Positions 37,475 through 46,631 of a stretch of DNA of 64,000 nucleotides are shown here, piece after piece. The notes below the pieces were generated by a model that was given only the letters and a program-made list of their open reading frames with translations, did no database searches and was not told the origin of the DNA. Within the stretch, counting starts at the first letter, position 1, and each line of letters begins with the position of its first letter. Both the position numbers and the translations under genes were made by a program. Origin of the DNA: Candidatus Staskawiczbacteria bacterium (lineage in GTDB: Bacteria; Patescibacteriota; Minisyncoccia; Minisyncoccales; Staskawiczbacteraceae); contig CAISIO010000020.1 in assembly GCA_903885445.1 (NCBI GenBank), positions 55 through 64,054 of the forward strand, written 5' to 3'.

Positions 37475-37681
37475 ATGGCAACAAAAATAACATCAAAAAC
37501 AACTTTAAAAAAGATAATAGAGAAAAAAGGCGCAGACGAGATTTTGGCAAAACACGGAGTGCCGTGTTTGTCTTGCCCTATGGCTGCTATGGAAATTGAT
37601 AGACTGGAAATTGGGAAAGTCTGCAAAATGTATGGGTTAAATTTAAAAAAAATATTAGCAGATTTAAACAAAAAAATATGA
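37475..37681 (+). CDS. DUF1858 domain protein (redox disulfide-associated)
   Basis: 68 aa with the GVPCLSCPMA motif typical of DUF1858. Confidence 0.6.
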   Translation: MATKITSKTTLKKIIEKKGADEILAKHGVPCLSCPMAAMEIDRLEIGKVCKMYGLNLKKILADLNKKI

Positions 37682-37917
37682 TAATTAAAATTTTAGGTAC
37701 TGGCTGCCCAAGTTGTAAAAAGCTTGAAGCAAATACCAGGGAAGCGCTAAAGCAACTTGACCAAGACGATGAAGTGGTCAAGATAACAGATATTTCGGAG
37801 ATAATGAGTTATGGAGTTATGAGCCTGCCCGCGCTGGTCGCCGATGAAAAAGTTTTATCATATGGAGCCGTGCCCGCAGTTGAAGCCATTAAAGATATGA
37901 TAAACAAAAATGCTTAA
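37678..37917 (+). CDS. Thioredoxin-fold protein (redox-active disulfide protein 2 type)
   Basis: MIIKILGTGCPSCKKLE and YGVMSLPALV are typical of the MTH895-like family. Confidence 0.75.
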   Translation: MIIKILGTGCPSCKKLEANTREALKQLDQDDEVVKITDISEIMSYGVMSLPALVADEKVLSYGAVPAVEAIKDMINKNA

Positions 37918-38860
37918 TTTATTTGCTGACTGGGTTACATATGGTTTGCTTTCTCTGGCTCCAAAAACACTTTTGGCCGGAGCGGTTGATTTTTTCATTT
38001 ACGACACGATAAAGATTTTTCTTTTACTGGTTGCGATTATTTTTATTGTTTCCGTTGTTCGTTCTTTTTTGCCTCCAGAAAAAATAAAGAATATACTTTC
38101 TCATAAAAATAAATTTGTCGGCAATATCCTGGCTTCTTTGCTTGGGATAGTTACGCCATTCTGCACCTGTTCAGCAATACCGTTATTTCTAGGATTTGTG
38201 GAGGCGGGCGTCCCGCTTGGTGTTACATTCTCTTTTCTTGTCGCCTCGCCGATGATAAACGAAGTCGCGGTTGTTATGCTTTTAGGGTTGTTCGGCTGGA
38301 AAGTCGCAGTAATTTACATATTTAGCGGATTAATTATTGCCATTATTTCGGGAGTTGTCATAGGAAAATTAAAAGTTGAAAATCTTGTTTACGATTTTTC
38401 AAAAAATAAAAATATTAACCAGCTCGGATTGCCGTCTTTATCTTGGAAACAAAGATTTGTCTATGCTGGAAATTACACTCTCGATATCGTGAAAAAAGTT
38501 TGGTTGTTTGTTTTAATCGGCGTTGGCGTCGGGGCGTGGATACATGGATATGTGCCAGCTGATTTAATTGCTCAATATGCGGGAGGGAATCACTGGTATT
38601 CTGTTCCGTTGGCAGTTTTAATTGGCATTCCATTATATTCAAACGCGGCAGGGGTAATACCTCTTGTAAGCGTTTTAACTGAAAAAGGCGTATCAATGGG
38701 AACCACGCTCGCTTTCATGATGGCTGTCACGGGATTGTCTTTGCCGGAGTTTTTGATTCTAAGGAAAGTAATGAAAACAAAACTAATTATTATTTTTGCC
38801 TCCATAGTTGGCGTTGGTATTATTTTCACAGGATATTTATTTAATCTAATTTTAAAATAG
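37910..38860 (+). CDS. Permease (ArsP_1/COG0701 type)
   Basis: Polytopic membrane protein with the VTPFCTCSAIPLF motif. Pairing with the small thioredoxin-fold gene is the usual arrangement. Confidence 0.65.
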   Translation: MLNLFADWVTYGLLSLAPKTLLAGAVDFFIYDTIKIFLLLVAIIFIVSVVRSFLPPEKIKNILSHKNKFVGNILASLLGIVTPFCTCSAIPLFLGFVEAGVPLGVTFSFLVASPMINEVAVVMLLGLFGWKVAVIYIFSGLIIAIISGVVIGKLKVENLVYDFSKNKNINQLGLPSLSWKQRFVYAGNYTLDIVKKVWLFVLIGVGVGAWIHGYVPADLIAQYAGGNHWYSVPLAVLIGIPLYSNAAGVIPLVSVLTEKGVSMGTTLAFMMAVTGLSLPEFLILRKVMKTKLIIIFASIVGVGIIFTGYLFNLILK

Positions 38861-38864
38861 GTTT

Positions 38865-41015
38865 ATGGATAAAAAAGTTTTAAAAATTGAGGGAATGACT
38901 TGCGCTTCTTGTGCGGCGGTCATAGAGCATGATTTGAAAAAGGCAAAAGGAGTTGTTTCTGCTTCCGTTAATTTAGCAACGGAAAAACTTTACGTTGAGT
39001 TTAATTCCGCAGAAACAAATATTGATAAAATTAAAAAAACAGTTGAAGGTTCGGGGTATAAAGCAATTGACGAATATTTGCACGTCCATGGGGAAAATGG
39101 ACACGGAAAAAATCTTAGAAATCGGTTTGTTCTGTCGTTGGTTTTTGGTTTGCCGGTAATTATAGCAATGCTTTTTGGCAAGATGGATTTGATTCCCGGA
39201 TATGCGCAGGGAATTTTAGCGACAATTGTGATTTTGATTTGTTCTAATATATGGATTTCCGGTTTTAAAAAGATTCTAAAGCTTGGTCCGAATATGGACA
39301 CGCTGGTTTTAATTGGAACGTCCTCGGCGTATTTTTACAGCTGGTTTGTTGTGCTGTTTGGTAAGGGAGAAGCATATTTCGAAAGCGCCATTTTTATTTT
39401 AATTTTTATTTCGTTGGGGAAATATTTAGAAGCAATAACAAAAGGAAAAACATCCTCGGCTATAAAAAGCTTGATAGGACTTCAGCCAAAAACTGCGACA
39501 ATAATTAAAGACGGCAAAGAAATGGAGATGGCAATTTCAGAAGTCGTTGTCGGAGATATTATTTTGGTAAAACCCGGCCAGAAAATTCCGGTTGACGGCG
39601 TTGTAGCTGACGGATATTCTGGCGTGGACGAAAAAGCAATTACCGGCGAATCAATTCCGGTTGAAAAGAAAAAAGGAGACCAGGTTATCGGCTCGACCAT
39701 GAATAAGACCGGAGTTTTAAAATTTAAAGCCACGCGTGTTGGTTCCGAGACCATGTTGTCTCAAATAATTAAGATAGTAGAAGATGCTATGGGTTCTAAA
39801 GCCCCAATACAACTTTTGGCCGACAAAGTTTCGTTTTACTTTGTGCCGGTTGTAATTTCTATTGCGATAATCGCCGGAGTTATTTGGTTTTTGATGTTGC
39901 ATCAAATTGCAATTGCGCTGACAATTTTTGTGGCGGTTTTAATTATTGCTTGTCCATGCGCTTTGGGTTTGGCGACTCCAACTGCTGTGATGATGGGGAC
40001 AGGGCTAGCGGCAAAAAACGGAATTTTAATTAAATCCAGCAAAGCATTGGAAATTGCAAAAGACGTTGATATGGTTGTGTTTGATAAAACGGGTACGCTT
40101 ACAAAGGGCGAACCGGTTGTGACAGAAATAATCTCTTTGGCCGGAGAAGAAAAAGAAATTTTAAAAATTGCTGCGTCTATTGAAAAAAATTCGGAACATC
40201 CTTTGGCGCAGGCGATAGTTAATAAAGCGAAAGAGCAAAGCACGAAAACGGCTGAAGTTAAAAATTTCCAAGCAATTCCGGGAAAAGGAGTTGAGGCAAC
40301 GTTGGACAAGAAGAAGATTCTACTTGGCACGAGAATGCTGATGAAAGACAATAAAATTTCTGTTAATTTGATTGAAGATAAAATGGCGTTGCTTGAAAAC
40401 CAGGGAAAGACAGCGATGATTTTGGCTGTTGGTAAAAAAGTTATTGGTATCATCGCGGTGGCAGATGTTTTGAAGGAAAACTCTAAAGAGGCTGTTGATA
40501 CTTTGCACAAAATGAAAAAGCAGGTTGCGATAATTACCGGCGATAATAGAAGAGTTGGTGAGGCAATTGCAAAGCAATTGGGAATTGATCGCGTGTTAGC
40601 TGAGGTTTTACCGCAAGGAAAATCTAATGAGATTAAAAAGTTGCAGGCAGAAGGAAAAATTGTGGCAATGGTGGGTGATGGTATTAACGATGCGCCGGCT
40701 TTGGCTCAGGCGAATTTGGGGATTGCCTTGGGGTCAGGAACCGATGTGGCAATGGAAACCGGAGAGATTGTTTTAATAAAAGACGATTTGAGAGATGTTG
40801 TGAAAGCAATGGACTTAAGCAGGTATACTTTGAATAAAATAAAACAAAATCTTTTTTGGGCGTTTTTTTACAACATAATTGGAATTCCAATTGCCGCCGG
40901 AGTTTTATTTCCACTCACAGGTTGGCTTTTAAGTCCGTCGATTGCAGCAGGAGCGATGGCATTTTCTTCTGTAAGCGTGGTTTTAAACGCTTTGTCTATG
41001 AAATGGCATAAATAA
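38865..41015 (+). CDS. copA: Copper-translocating P1B-type ATPase
   Basis: N-terminal GMTCASC, TGES, membrane CPC (IACPCALGLATP), DKTGTLT and GDGINDAP motifs. Confidence 0.93.
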   Translation: MDKKVLKIEGMTCASCAAVIEHDLKKAKGVVSASVNLATEKLYVEFNSAETNIDKIKKTVEGSGYKAIDEYLHVHGENGHGKNLRNRFVLSLVFGLPVIIAMLFGKMDLIPGYAQGILATIVILICSNIWISGFKKILKLGPNMDTLVLIGTSSAYFYSWFVVLFGKGEAYFESAIFILIFISLGKYLEAITKGKTSSAIKSLIGLQPKTATIIKDGKEMEMAISEVVVGDIILVKPGQKIPVDGVVADGYSGVDEKAITGESIPVEKKKGDQVIGSTMNKTGVLKFKATRVGSETMLSQIIKIVEDAMGSKAPIQLLADKVSFYFVPVVISIAIIAGVIWFLMLHQIAIALTIFVAVLIIACPCALGLATPTAVMMGTGLAAKNGILIKSSKALEIAKDVDMVVFDKTGTLTKGEPVVTEIISLAGEEKEILKIAASIEKNSEHPLAQAIVNKAKEQSTKTAEVKNFQAIPGKGVEATLDKKKILLGTRMLMKDNKISVNLIEDKMALLENQGKTAMILAVGKKVIGIIAVADVLKENSKEAVDTLHKMKKQVAIITGDNRRVGEAIAKQLGIDRVLAEVLPQGKSNEIKKLQAEGKIVAMVGDGINDAPALAQANLGIALGSGTDVAMETGEIVLIKDDLRDVVKAMDLSRYTLNKIKQNLFWAFFYNIIGIPIAAGVLFPLTGWLLSPSIAAGAMAFSSVSVVLNALSMKWHK

Positions 41016-41064
41016 CGGTTGATTTAGGGCACTTTTTGTGATTTAATTAAAGTAATATATAAAA

Positions 41065-41481
41065 ATGGATAAAACGGCAATAATAATAATTGGAATAATA
41101 CTGGTCGTAGCGGGAGCGTTTATTTGGGCGGTGCAATCTGCGCCAAAGGTTCCAGCGGGAACAACGCCGGCTGTTTTACCGGCCGGGATAGTTTTATTTT
41201 ATGGCGATGGCTGCCCGCACTGTAAAAACGTTGATGATTTTCTTGCGGCTAATAATGTCAGCCAAAAAGTTAAATATACGCAATTGGAAGTTCCTTTTGG
41301 CTTGAAGACGAGCTCGGAGTTACAGGCAAATGCGGCCGCTGCGATTCTAAAAGCGCAAAATTGTGGGATAGACACGAGTAACGGCATTAGTATTCCATTT
41401 TTGTGGGACGGAACAAGTAAATGTTTTACAGGAGATACGGATGTAATAAGCTTTTTTAAAGAACAAGCAGGAATTAAATAA
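41065..41481 (+). CDS. Membrane-anchored thioredoxin/glutaredoxin-fold protein
   Basis: TM anchor followed by YGDGCPHCKNV (a CxxC active site). Confidence 0.6.
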   Translation: MDKTAIIIIGIILVVAGAFIWAVQSAPKVPAGTTPAVLPAGIVLFYGDGCPHCKNVDDFLAANNVSQKVKYTQLEVPFGLKTSSELQANAAAAILKAQNCGIDTSNGISIPFLWDGTSKCFTGDTDVISFFKEQAGIK

Positions 41482-41489
41482 AATTCAAA

Positions 41490-41999
41490 ATGTCTAAAAA
41501 AGTAATTGTTTTATTGGGAGCGATATTATCAGGATTTTTCGGAGCAAACCTGGCAATGGCGCAAGTGTGCCCGGTCTGCGTTGTGGCAATCGGCGCAGGG
41601 CTTGGGCTTTCAAGGTGGTTTGGAATTGATGATATTGTTTCTTCAATTTGGATTGGCGCTTTTATGATAGCGATTATCTCGTGGACCTTATCGTATATGA
41701 AAAAGAAAGGCTGGAGTTTTACAGATGATGGAGTCGTAATTACTTTAGCGTATATATTACTTACTTATATCCCGCTGTATTATGCCGGAATTGTGGGCCA
41801 TCCTTTAAATAAAATTTGGGGATTAGATAAAATAATTTTCGGTTCGATGATTGGAGGAACAGTTTTGTTCTTTGGCAGCTGGTTGAATTTATATCTAAAA
41901 AAAATAAATAAAAATAAAGTATTTTTTAACTATCAAAGAGTTGTCGTGCCCGTAGCGGCGCTATTATTAACTAGCATAATTTTATGGAGGATAATATAA
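41490..41999 (+). CDS. Hypothetical membrane protein with an N-terminal CPVC motif
   Basis: 169 aa with four hydrophobic helices and AQVCPVCVVAIGAG. Confidence 0.5.
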   Translation: MSKKVIVLLGAILSGFFGANLAMAQVCPVCVVAIGAGLGLSRWFGIDDIVSSIWIGAFMIAIISWTLSYMKKKGWSFTDDGVVITLAYILLTYIPLYYAGIVGHPLNKIWGLDKIIFGSMIGGTVLFFGSWLNLYLKKINKNKVFFNYQRVVVPVAALLLTSIILWRII

Positions 42000-42511
42000 A
42001 AATAGACGAGTTTATAAAAAAAGTTCAGGCCGGCAAGAAAGGCGAGCTGGATTTGTCTTCTGATGAAGATTTATCAATTGCCATAATGAATTTGATTTCC
42101 ATTGAAGAGCATTTCTTTTTTACCGGAGCGAAAACCGGAAAACCAGAATATTTTGATTTGTTGAGCATTGCCCGCGAGATGAGAAAGGATTTACTGAAAC
42201 GAATTATAAAAGATTACGAAGGCGAAGTTTGGTGCATTTCAAAACATTTATTGTCTGCTTCAATGAGGTTGATGGAAGTTGGCACAAAAGCGCTGACAAA
42301 GGGAAACAAGCAAGATGCCGAAGATATGTTTAAAAAAGCCTACGAACTTTATTCGTTATTTTGGGGACTGAATTTGAAAATGATTGATATGGGCAACGTC
42401 AAAAAGATTGAAGAGAACCAGATAGATAAAAAAGACGAAGATAAAAAAACCGGAATTATGTCAAAACTCGGCAGTATGGTCAAATACGCAATCGACTGTT
42501 GCAAAGAATAA
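41984..42511 (+). CDS. Hypothetical soluble protein
   Basis: 175-aa ORF translationally overlapping the previous gene, with a C-terminal CC pair (IDCCKE). No family recognised. Confidence 0.5.
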   Translation: MEDNIKIDEFIKKVQAGKKGELDLSSDEDLSIAIMNLISIEEHFFFTGAKTGKPEYFDLLSIAREMRKDLLKRIIKDYEGEVWCISKHLLSASMRLMEVGTKALTKGNKQDAEDMFKKAYELYSLFWGLNLKMIDMGNVKKIEENQIDKKDEDKKTGIMSKLGSMVKYAIDCCKE

Positions 42512-42517
42512 TAAAAT

Positions 42518-42546
42518 CAAAAGCCGGTCGAACCGGCTTTTTTGTT
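42518..42546 (+). terminator. Intrinsic terminator ending the copper cluster
   Basis: AAGCCGGT-CGAA-ACCGGCTT followed by TTTTTG. Confidence 0.65.
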
Positions 42547-42609
42547 TGACTAAAAATTAGACGTGGTGTAAACATAAAACAGCTCATCGGCAATTAAGAA
42601 AGGGACAAA

Positions 42610-43266
42610 ATGAAAACAGTAATACTCTCTGCGTTCAAGGCGTTCGGCGATTATCCTGTGAATTCGACAGAGGTAATCGCAAAGCAACTCAATGGGGAGG
42701 TCTTTTCCGGCTTCAAAGTTCGGTCCGCGATATTCTCCGCGTCAATTCCTCAAAACGACCGTGGAGTAATCCTTAGGGGACTCGTCGGCCGTTTTGGCGC
42801 CATTGCTATTGTTTCTATGGGAATGGCGTCGGAGAAGAAGGGATTGTGCGTTGAGAGCGTGGCGACAAACAGAATATATAACGAGAAATATTGCCCGCGC
42901 TTAAACGGCACGCCAGTGGACGGGCATATGCGCTATGGCGAGTTGCGCGAGGTTGACCTTTTGCAATGGAATATTAGCGCGTTTCAGAGAGCTTGCCGTT
43001 CTGAAGGTATTCCGGTTACTGAGGTCTCGAACGACGCCGGCGGTTTCTGCTGCAACCACCTTATGTATCAGGTTCTTGTCGCACCGATTGTCTGGCGTGG
43101 TTTTCGCAACGTGCCATTCGTCTTCCTGCATACTCCGTGTTCACCCGAGGCTGTGCCGGATCGCGATTCGTTCGTCAGGGCTGGCAAGATTACCATGACA
43201 ACCGCCCAGATTACTCGTGGTCTTGAATTGCTGTTGAAGCATTCGTCGCTTGATTCGGCAGGATAG
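42610..43266 (+). CDS. pcp: Pyroglutamyl peptidase I (peptidase C15)
   Basis: Catalytic contexts CVESVATN (Glu), DAGGFCCNHLMY (Cys) and FVFLHTP (His). Markedly G+C-rich. Confidence 0.8.
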   Translation: MKTVILSAFKAFGDYPVNSTEVIAKQLNGEVFSGFKVRSAIFSASIPQNDRGVILRGLVGRFGAIAIVSMGMASEKKGLCVESVATNRIYNEKYCPRLNGTPVDGHMRYGELREVDLLQWNISAFQRACRSEGIPVTEVSNDAGGFCCNHLMYQVLVAPIVWRGFRNVPFVFLHTPCSPEAVPDRDSFVRAGKITMTTAQITRGLELLLKHSSLDSAG

Positions 43267-43271
43267 TCTGG

Positions 43272-43303
43272 TCCTCGCACGCGCTGTGTCGAGGGCTTTT
43301 TTG
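43272..43303 (+). terminator. Intrinsic terminator after pcp
   Basis: CCTCG/CGAGG stem followed by GCTTTTTTG. Confidence 0.55.
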
Positions 43304-43338
43304 TTTCAAAAATGAAAATGAGGTAGAATAAGTAAATT

Positions 43339-43941
43339 ATGTTGGAGTATTTGGTTCTACTTACAATTCCATTGGCGATTTATGGCGGCGGGAGTTATTT
43401 AAGGGACACCATAACTGGCAGAGTTAAGCCCAATAAAGTCAGTTGGCTAATGTGGGCTGTTGCTCCCTTAATCGCGGTGGTTGCCGAAATATCCAAGGGC
43501 GTAACCTGGGCGGTTTTGCCGGTTTTTATGTCGGGTTTCGTGCCGCTTTGCATATTTATAGCATCTTTATTTAGTAAGAAATCATATTGGAAATTAACCG
43601 TGTTCGATTATTTATGCGGATTATTTTCCGCCTTAGCGCTAATATTGTGGCTAATTACAAAAGAAGCGAACGTTGCAATAATTTTTGCCATACTTAGTGA
43701 TGGATTTGCAGCAATTCCCACATTAAAAAAAGCATGGAACAATCCGGAAACAGAATCATGGATGCCCTATTTTACCGGTTTACTGGGAGCTACGACAAGT
43801 TTTGCCGCCATGCAACACTGGACATTTTCCAATTATGCATTCCCGATTTATTTAGTTTCAGTGGATTTGAGCCTTATTTTTTCTGTTCTCGGCCGTAGAA
43901 TTTTAGCAAAGATTTTTTTATCTTTTAAAAAAGAGGTATAA
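43339..43941 (+). CDS. Hypothetical polytopic membrane protein
   Basis: 200 aa with about 6 hydrophobic helices. No family recognised. Confidence 0.5.
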   Translation: MLEYLVLLTIPLAIYGGGSYLRDTITGRVKPNKVSWLMWAVAPLIAVVAEISKGVTWAVLPVFMSGFVPLCIFIASLFSKKSYWKLTVFDYLCGLFSALALILWLITKEANVAIIFAILSDGFAAIPTLKKAWNNPETESWMPYFTGLLGATTSFAAMQHWTFSNYAFPIYLVSVDLSLIFSVLGRRILAKIFLSFKKEV

Positions 43942-43975
43942 TATATCTATAATTATTAATTTTTAAAATTTATTT

Positions 43976-44776
43976 ATGTTTGGATTTAATCGGACAACGT
44001 TAAAGTTTTGCGATTTAAAAGGAAAAGTTGCGATTGTAACGGGAGCTGCCAAAGGAATGGGGAAGGCTCATGCGCTGAAACTTTCGGGAGCGGGAGCGAA
44101 GGTTGTTGTTTCTGACATTGATGTTGCCGGAATCGGGGTGGTTGTGGAAGAAATTAAAAAGGCGCGCGGAGAAGCGATTAGCGTAAAATGCGACACAAGC
44201 AAAAAATCGGAAATTGATAATTTGGTGGCGGAAACTTTAAAAAAATTCGGCAAGATAGATATTTTGGTAAACAACGCCGGAATTTATCCTTTTAAGCCGT
44301 TTTTGGAAATGGCTGAAGCTGATTTTGCAAAAGTAATTGATATTAACTTAAAAGGATATTTTTTAATGGCTCAAGCTTGCGCTAAAGCAATGCAGAAAAA
44401 CCAGCTAGACGAAAAAGGCCAGAGAGGTTCTATTATAAATATTGCTTCAGTTGCGGCAATTATTGGATTTGCGGGTCTGACACACTATTGCGCTTCAAAA
44501 GGCGGAGTAGTGGCAATGTCAAAAGCAATTGCTCTGGAACTGGCTCCATTGGGAATTAGGATAAATACAATTGATCCTGGTGCGATTGACACTCCGGGCG
44601 CTTCAAACTCAAGCATGACAGACGAGCAAAGAAAAGCGATGCTGGCTCCAATTCCAATGAAACGGCAAGGAACGGCCGAAGAAATTGCCAACGCGGTATT
44701 ATTTTTAGCATCTGGAGAGTCTTCTTATATGACCGGCAGTTCTGTTGTTGTAGACGGAGGATGGGTTGTTGGATAG
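43976..44776 (+). CDS. SDR family oxidoreductase
   Basis: TGAAKGMG cofactor motif, NNAG, and the catalytic Y..ASK sequence (HYCASKGG). Confidence 0.85.
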   Translation: MFGFNRTTLKFCDLKGKVAIVTGAAKGMGKAHALKLSGAGAKVVVSDIDVAGIGVVVEEIKKARGEAISVKCDTSKKSEIDNLVAETLKKFGKIDILVNNAGIYPFKPFLEMAEADFAKVIDINLKGYFLMAQACAKAMQKNQLDEKGQRGSIINIASVAAIIGFAGLTHYCASKGGVVAMSKAIALELAPLGIRINTIDPGAIDTPGASNSSMTDEQRKAMLAPIPMKRQGTAEEIANAVLFLASGESSYMTGSSVVVDGGWVVG

Positions 44777-44871
44777 TTGTCAAGATTGACTTGTATATGC
44801 GCGTTTAGGTAAAATGGTCTTAGAATATAAACAAGGTCGAATAATAAATTCTAAAAATAAAAAAATAAATT

Positions 44872-45045
44872 ATGGCAGAAGAAGCAGTACAAGGATATTG
44901 CGTAAAGTGCAAAGAAAAAAGGGAAATGAAAGACGTCCAAGAAGTTGAAATGAATGGCAAGGGCGGTAAGAAGAGATTGGCGCTAAAAGGCACTTGCACA
45001 GTTTGCGGAACAGGGATGTACAAGATTCTAGGATTAAAGAAATAA
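44872..45045 (+). CDS. Small zinc-ribbon protein (57 aa, DUF5679-like; below the ORF-track cutoff)
   Basis: Manual translation: MAEEAVQGYCVKCKEKREMKDVQEVEMNGKGGKKRLALKGTCTVCGTGMYKILGLKK. It has two CxxC pairs and is followed by a terminator at ~45058-45088. Confidence 0.6.
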   Translation: MAEEAVQGYCVKCKEKREMKDVQEVEMNGKGGKKRLALKGTCTVCGTGMYKILGLKK

Positions 45046-45224
45046 AGTTGTAAAATATAAAAAGCCTGGTTTATCGCTGGGCTTTTTAGTTAAATTTAGC
45101 TGTGGATAAGTTATCTTAGTCTTGCCATTGAAACAGTTTCAGGGGGAGGTATAATTAAGTAAATTAAAAACTGCAAAATATAAAAGAGTAAAAATAATAT
45201 TAATTTTTATTTTGCAGAAAATAT

Positions 45225-46580
45225 ATGAAAAGCAAAGTTCTATTAGCAGTAGCCATCTTATCAGCGGCATTTTTAGCAGTCGGCGGAGTTGCCTTCGCAG
45301 CAGGAAATCTCCCGCCGGTAATTAGCGGTGTTTCCGGGCCAGTGGTTTTGTCTGTTGGACAAGCGGGGACTTGGACGATTAGCGCAAGTGATCCGGAAAA
45401 TGGAGTATTAAATTATTCAGTTTTATGGGGAGAGCCTGCCACAAAAAGCGCAGCCCCTGTGGTTTATATACAGACTACAACATTTACCCACTCCTACACA
45501 AAACAAGGAAATTATACGGTAAATTTTTCCGTTAAAGACAACGTTGGAAGCATAGCAAAAAGTTCAATAACGGTTAATGTCGCCGGTCCAACCCAGCCTG
45601 CCCCAACTCCCGTTCCAATTTCTTCTATGAAAGTAACTTCGCCGAATGGGGGAGAAACATTGCAGACTGGAAGCACGCAAAGTATTATATGGGCCAAGGG
45701 TAATGTTTCGGTAGCTAGTGTTAAAATAGAACTTTTAAAAGGAGGAGTTCTTGTAAAAACCATTGTGACATCAACCCTGAATAATGGAATTTATAAATGG
45801 GCTGTTCCAACAAGCCTAGCGGTAGGTAATGATTATTACTTGAAAATCAGCGACGTTAAAAACGTTAATACGTTTGATAAGAGCGACAATCTTTTTAGTA
45901 TTGCTAAACCGGTAGTCGCGCCGGCCATAACTAATATTTCTCCTGCGGCCGGTGTTTTGGGCGCCAAGGTGACAATTACCGGTTCCGGTTTTACATCTAC
46001 GGGTAATCAGACTATGTTTTCCTGCCCCGCAGGCGGTGGAGGAGACACAAATGCTCTTTCTGCTAACGGTAAGACAATTTCGACAGCTGTTATTTCGGGT
46101 TTCCCAATTCCAGTGGGTTCGCAGCTAAGCTATCCGCAAAAATGCACGGTAAATGTATCAAACGCAAACGGAACAAGTAAAAGCGTTTCATTCACGATTA
46201 CGGCTCCGCCTGCGGCCAAAGCCTCAATTGCTGTTATTTCACCGAATGGGGGAGAGATATGGCAAATAGGTAGTACACAGAATATTGCCTGGTCTTCGGC
46301 CGGACCAGCCCTTTCAAATGTAAATATATATCTTTATAAGGCAGGGAAAATAGCCAAGACGATTATAGCTAAGGCAAGCAATGCAAAAGGCACATGGTCT
46401 TGGAAGGTTCCGATTAATATAGCGGCTGGCAATGATTATAAGATTAGGGTGGCAAACTATGCGAAAACCACGCTTTATGACGAGAGCGATAACACTTTCA
46501 GTATCGTCAAACCGGCCGCCGGTTTCTTGGGCGGAGTAACGGATTGGTTCTCTTCTTTGCTCAACGCATTCGGCAAATAA
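45225..46580 (+). CDS. Secreted multi-domain surface protein (PKD-like, two Kre9/KNH-like Ser-Thr-rich modules, IPT/TIG-like)
   Basis: Signal peptide. FTHSYTKQGNYTVNFSVKDNVG is PKD-like. SPNGGE(T/I)(L/W)Q.GSTQ.I.W occurs twice. ITNISPAAGVLGAKVTITGSGF is IPT-like. Confidence 0.65.
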   Translation: MKSKVLLAVAILSAAFLAVGGVAFAAGNLPPVISGVSGPVVLSVGQAGTWTISASDPENGVLNYSVLWGEPATKSAAPVVYIQTTTFTHSYTKQGNYTVNFSVKDNVGSIAKSSITVNVAGPTQPAPTPVPISSMKVTSPNGGETLQTGSTQSIIWAKGNVSVASVKIELLKGGVLVKTIVTSTLNNGIYKWAVPTSLAVGNDYYLKISDVKNVNTFDKSDNLFSIAKPVVAPAITNISPAAGVLGAKVTITGSGFTSTGNQTMFSCPAGGGGDTNALSANGKTISTAVISGFPIPVGSQLSYPQKCTVNVSNANGTSKSVSFTITAPPAAKASIAVISPNGGEIWQIGSTQNIAWSSAGPALSNVNIYLYKAGKIAKTIIAKASNAKGTWSWKVPINIAAGNDYKIRVANYAKTTLYDESDNTFSIVKPAAGFLGGVTDWFSSLLNAFGK

Positions 46581-46631
46581 GCAAACAAAAAACTAGGTAT
46601 TTGCCTAGTTTTTTTGTTGTATAATTATTAA

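Noticed and set aside
39902-40510. 202-aa minus-strand ORF inside copA
   Set aside because: It is fully antisense to a P-type ATPase with all its signature motifs, so it is a shadow ORF.
45101-45109. Perfect DnaA box (TGTGGATAA); a second one (TTATCCACA) lies at 56034-56042
   Set aside because: These are two isolated 9-mers in 64 kb, which is roughly what chance allows. There is no cluster, no adjacent AT-rich unwinding element with multiple boxes and no dnaA/dnaN nearby, so this is not an origin call.
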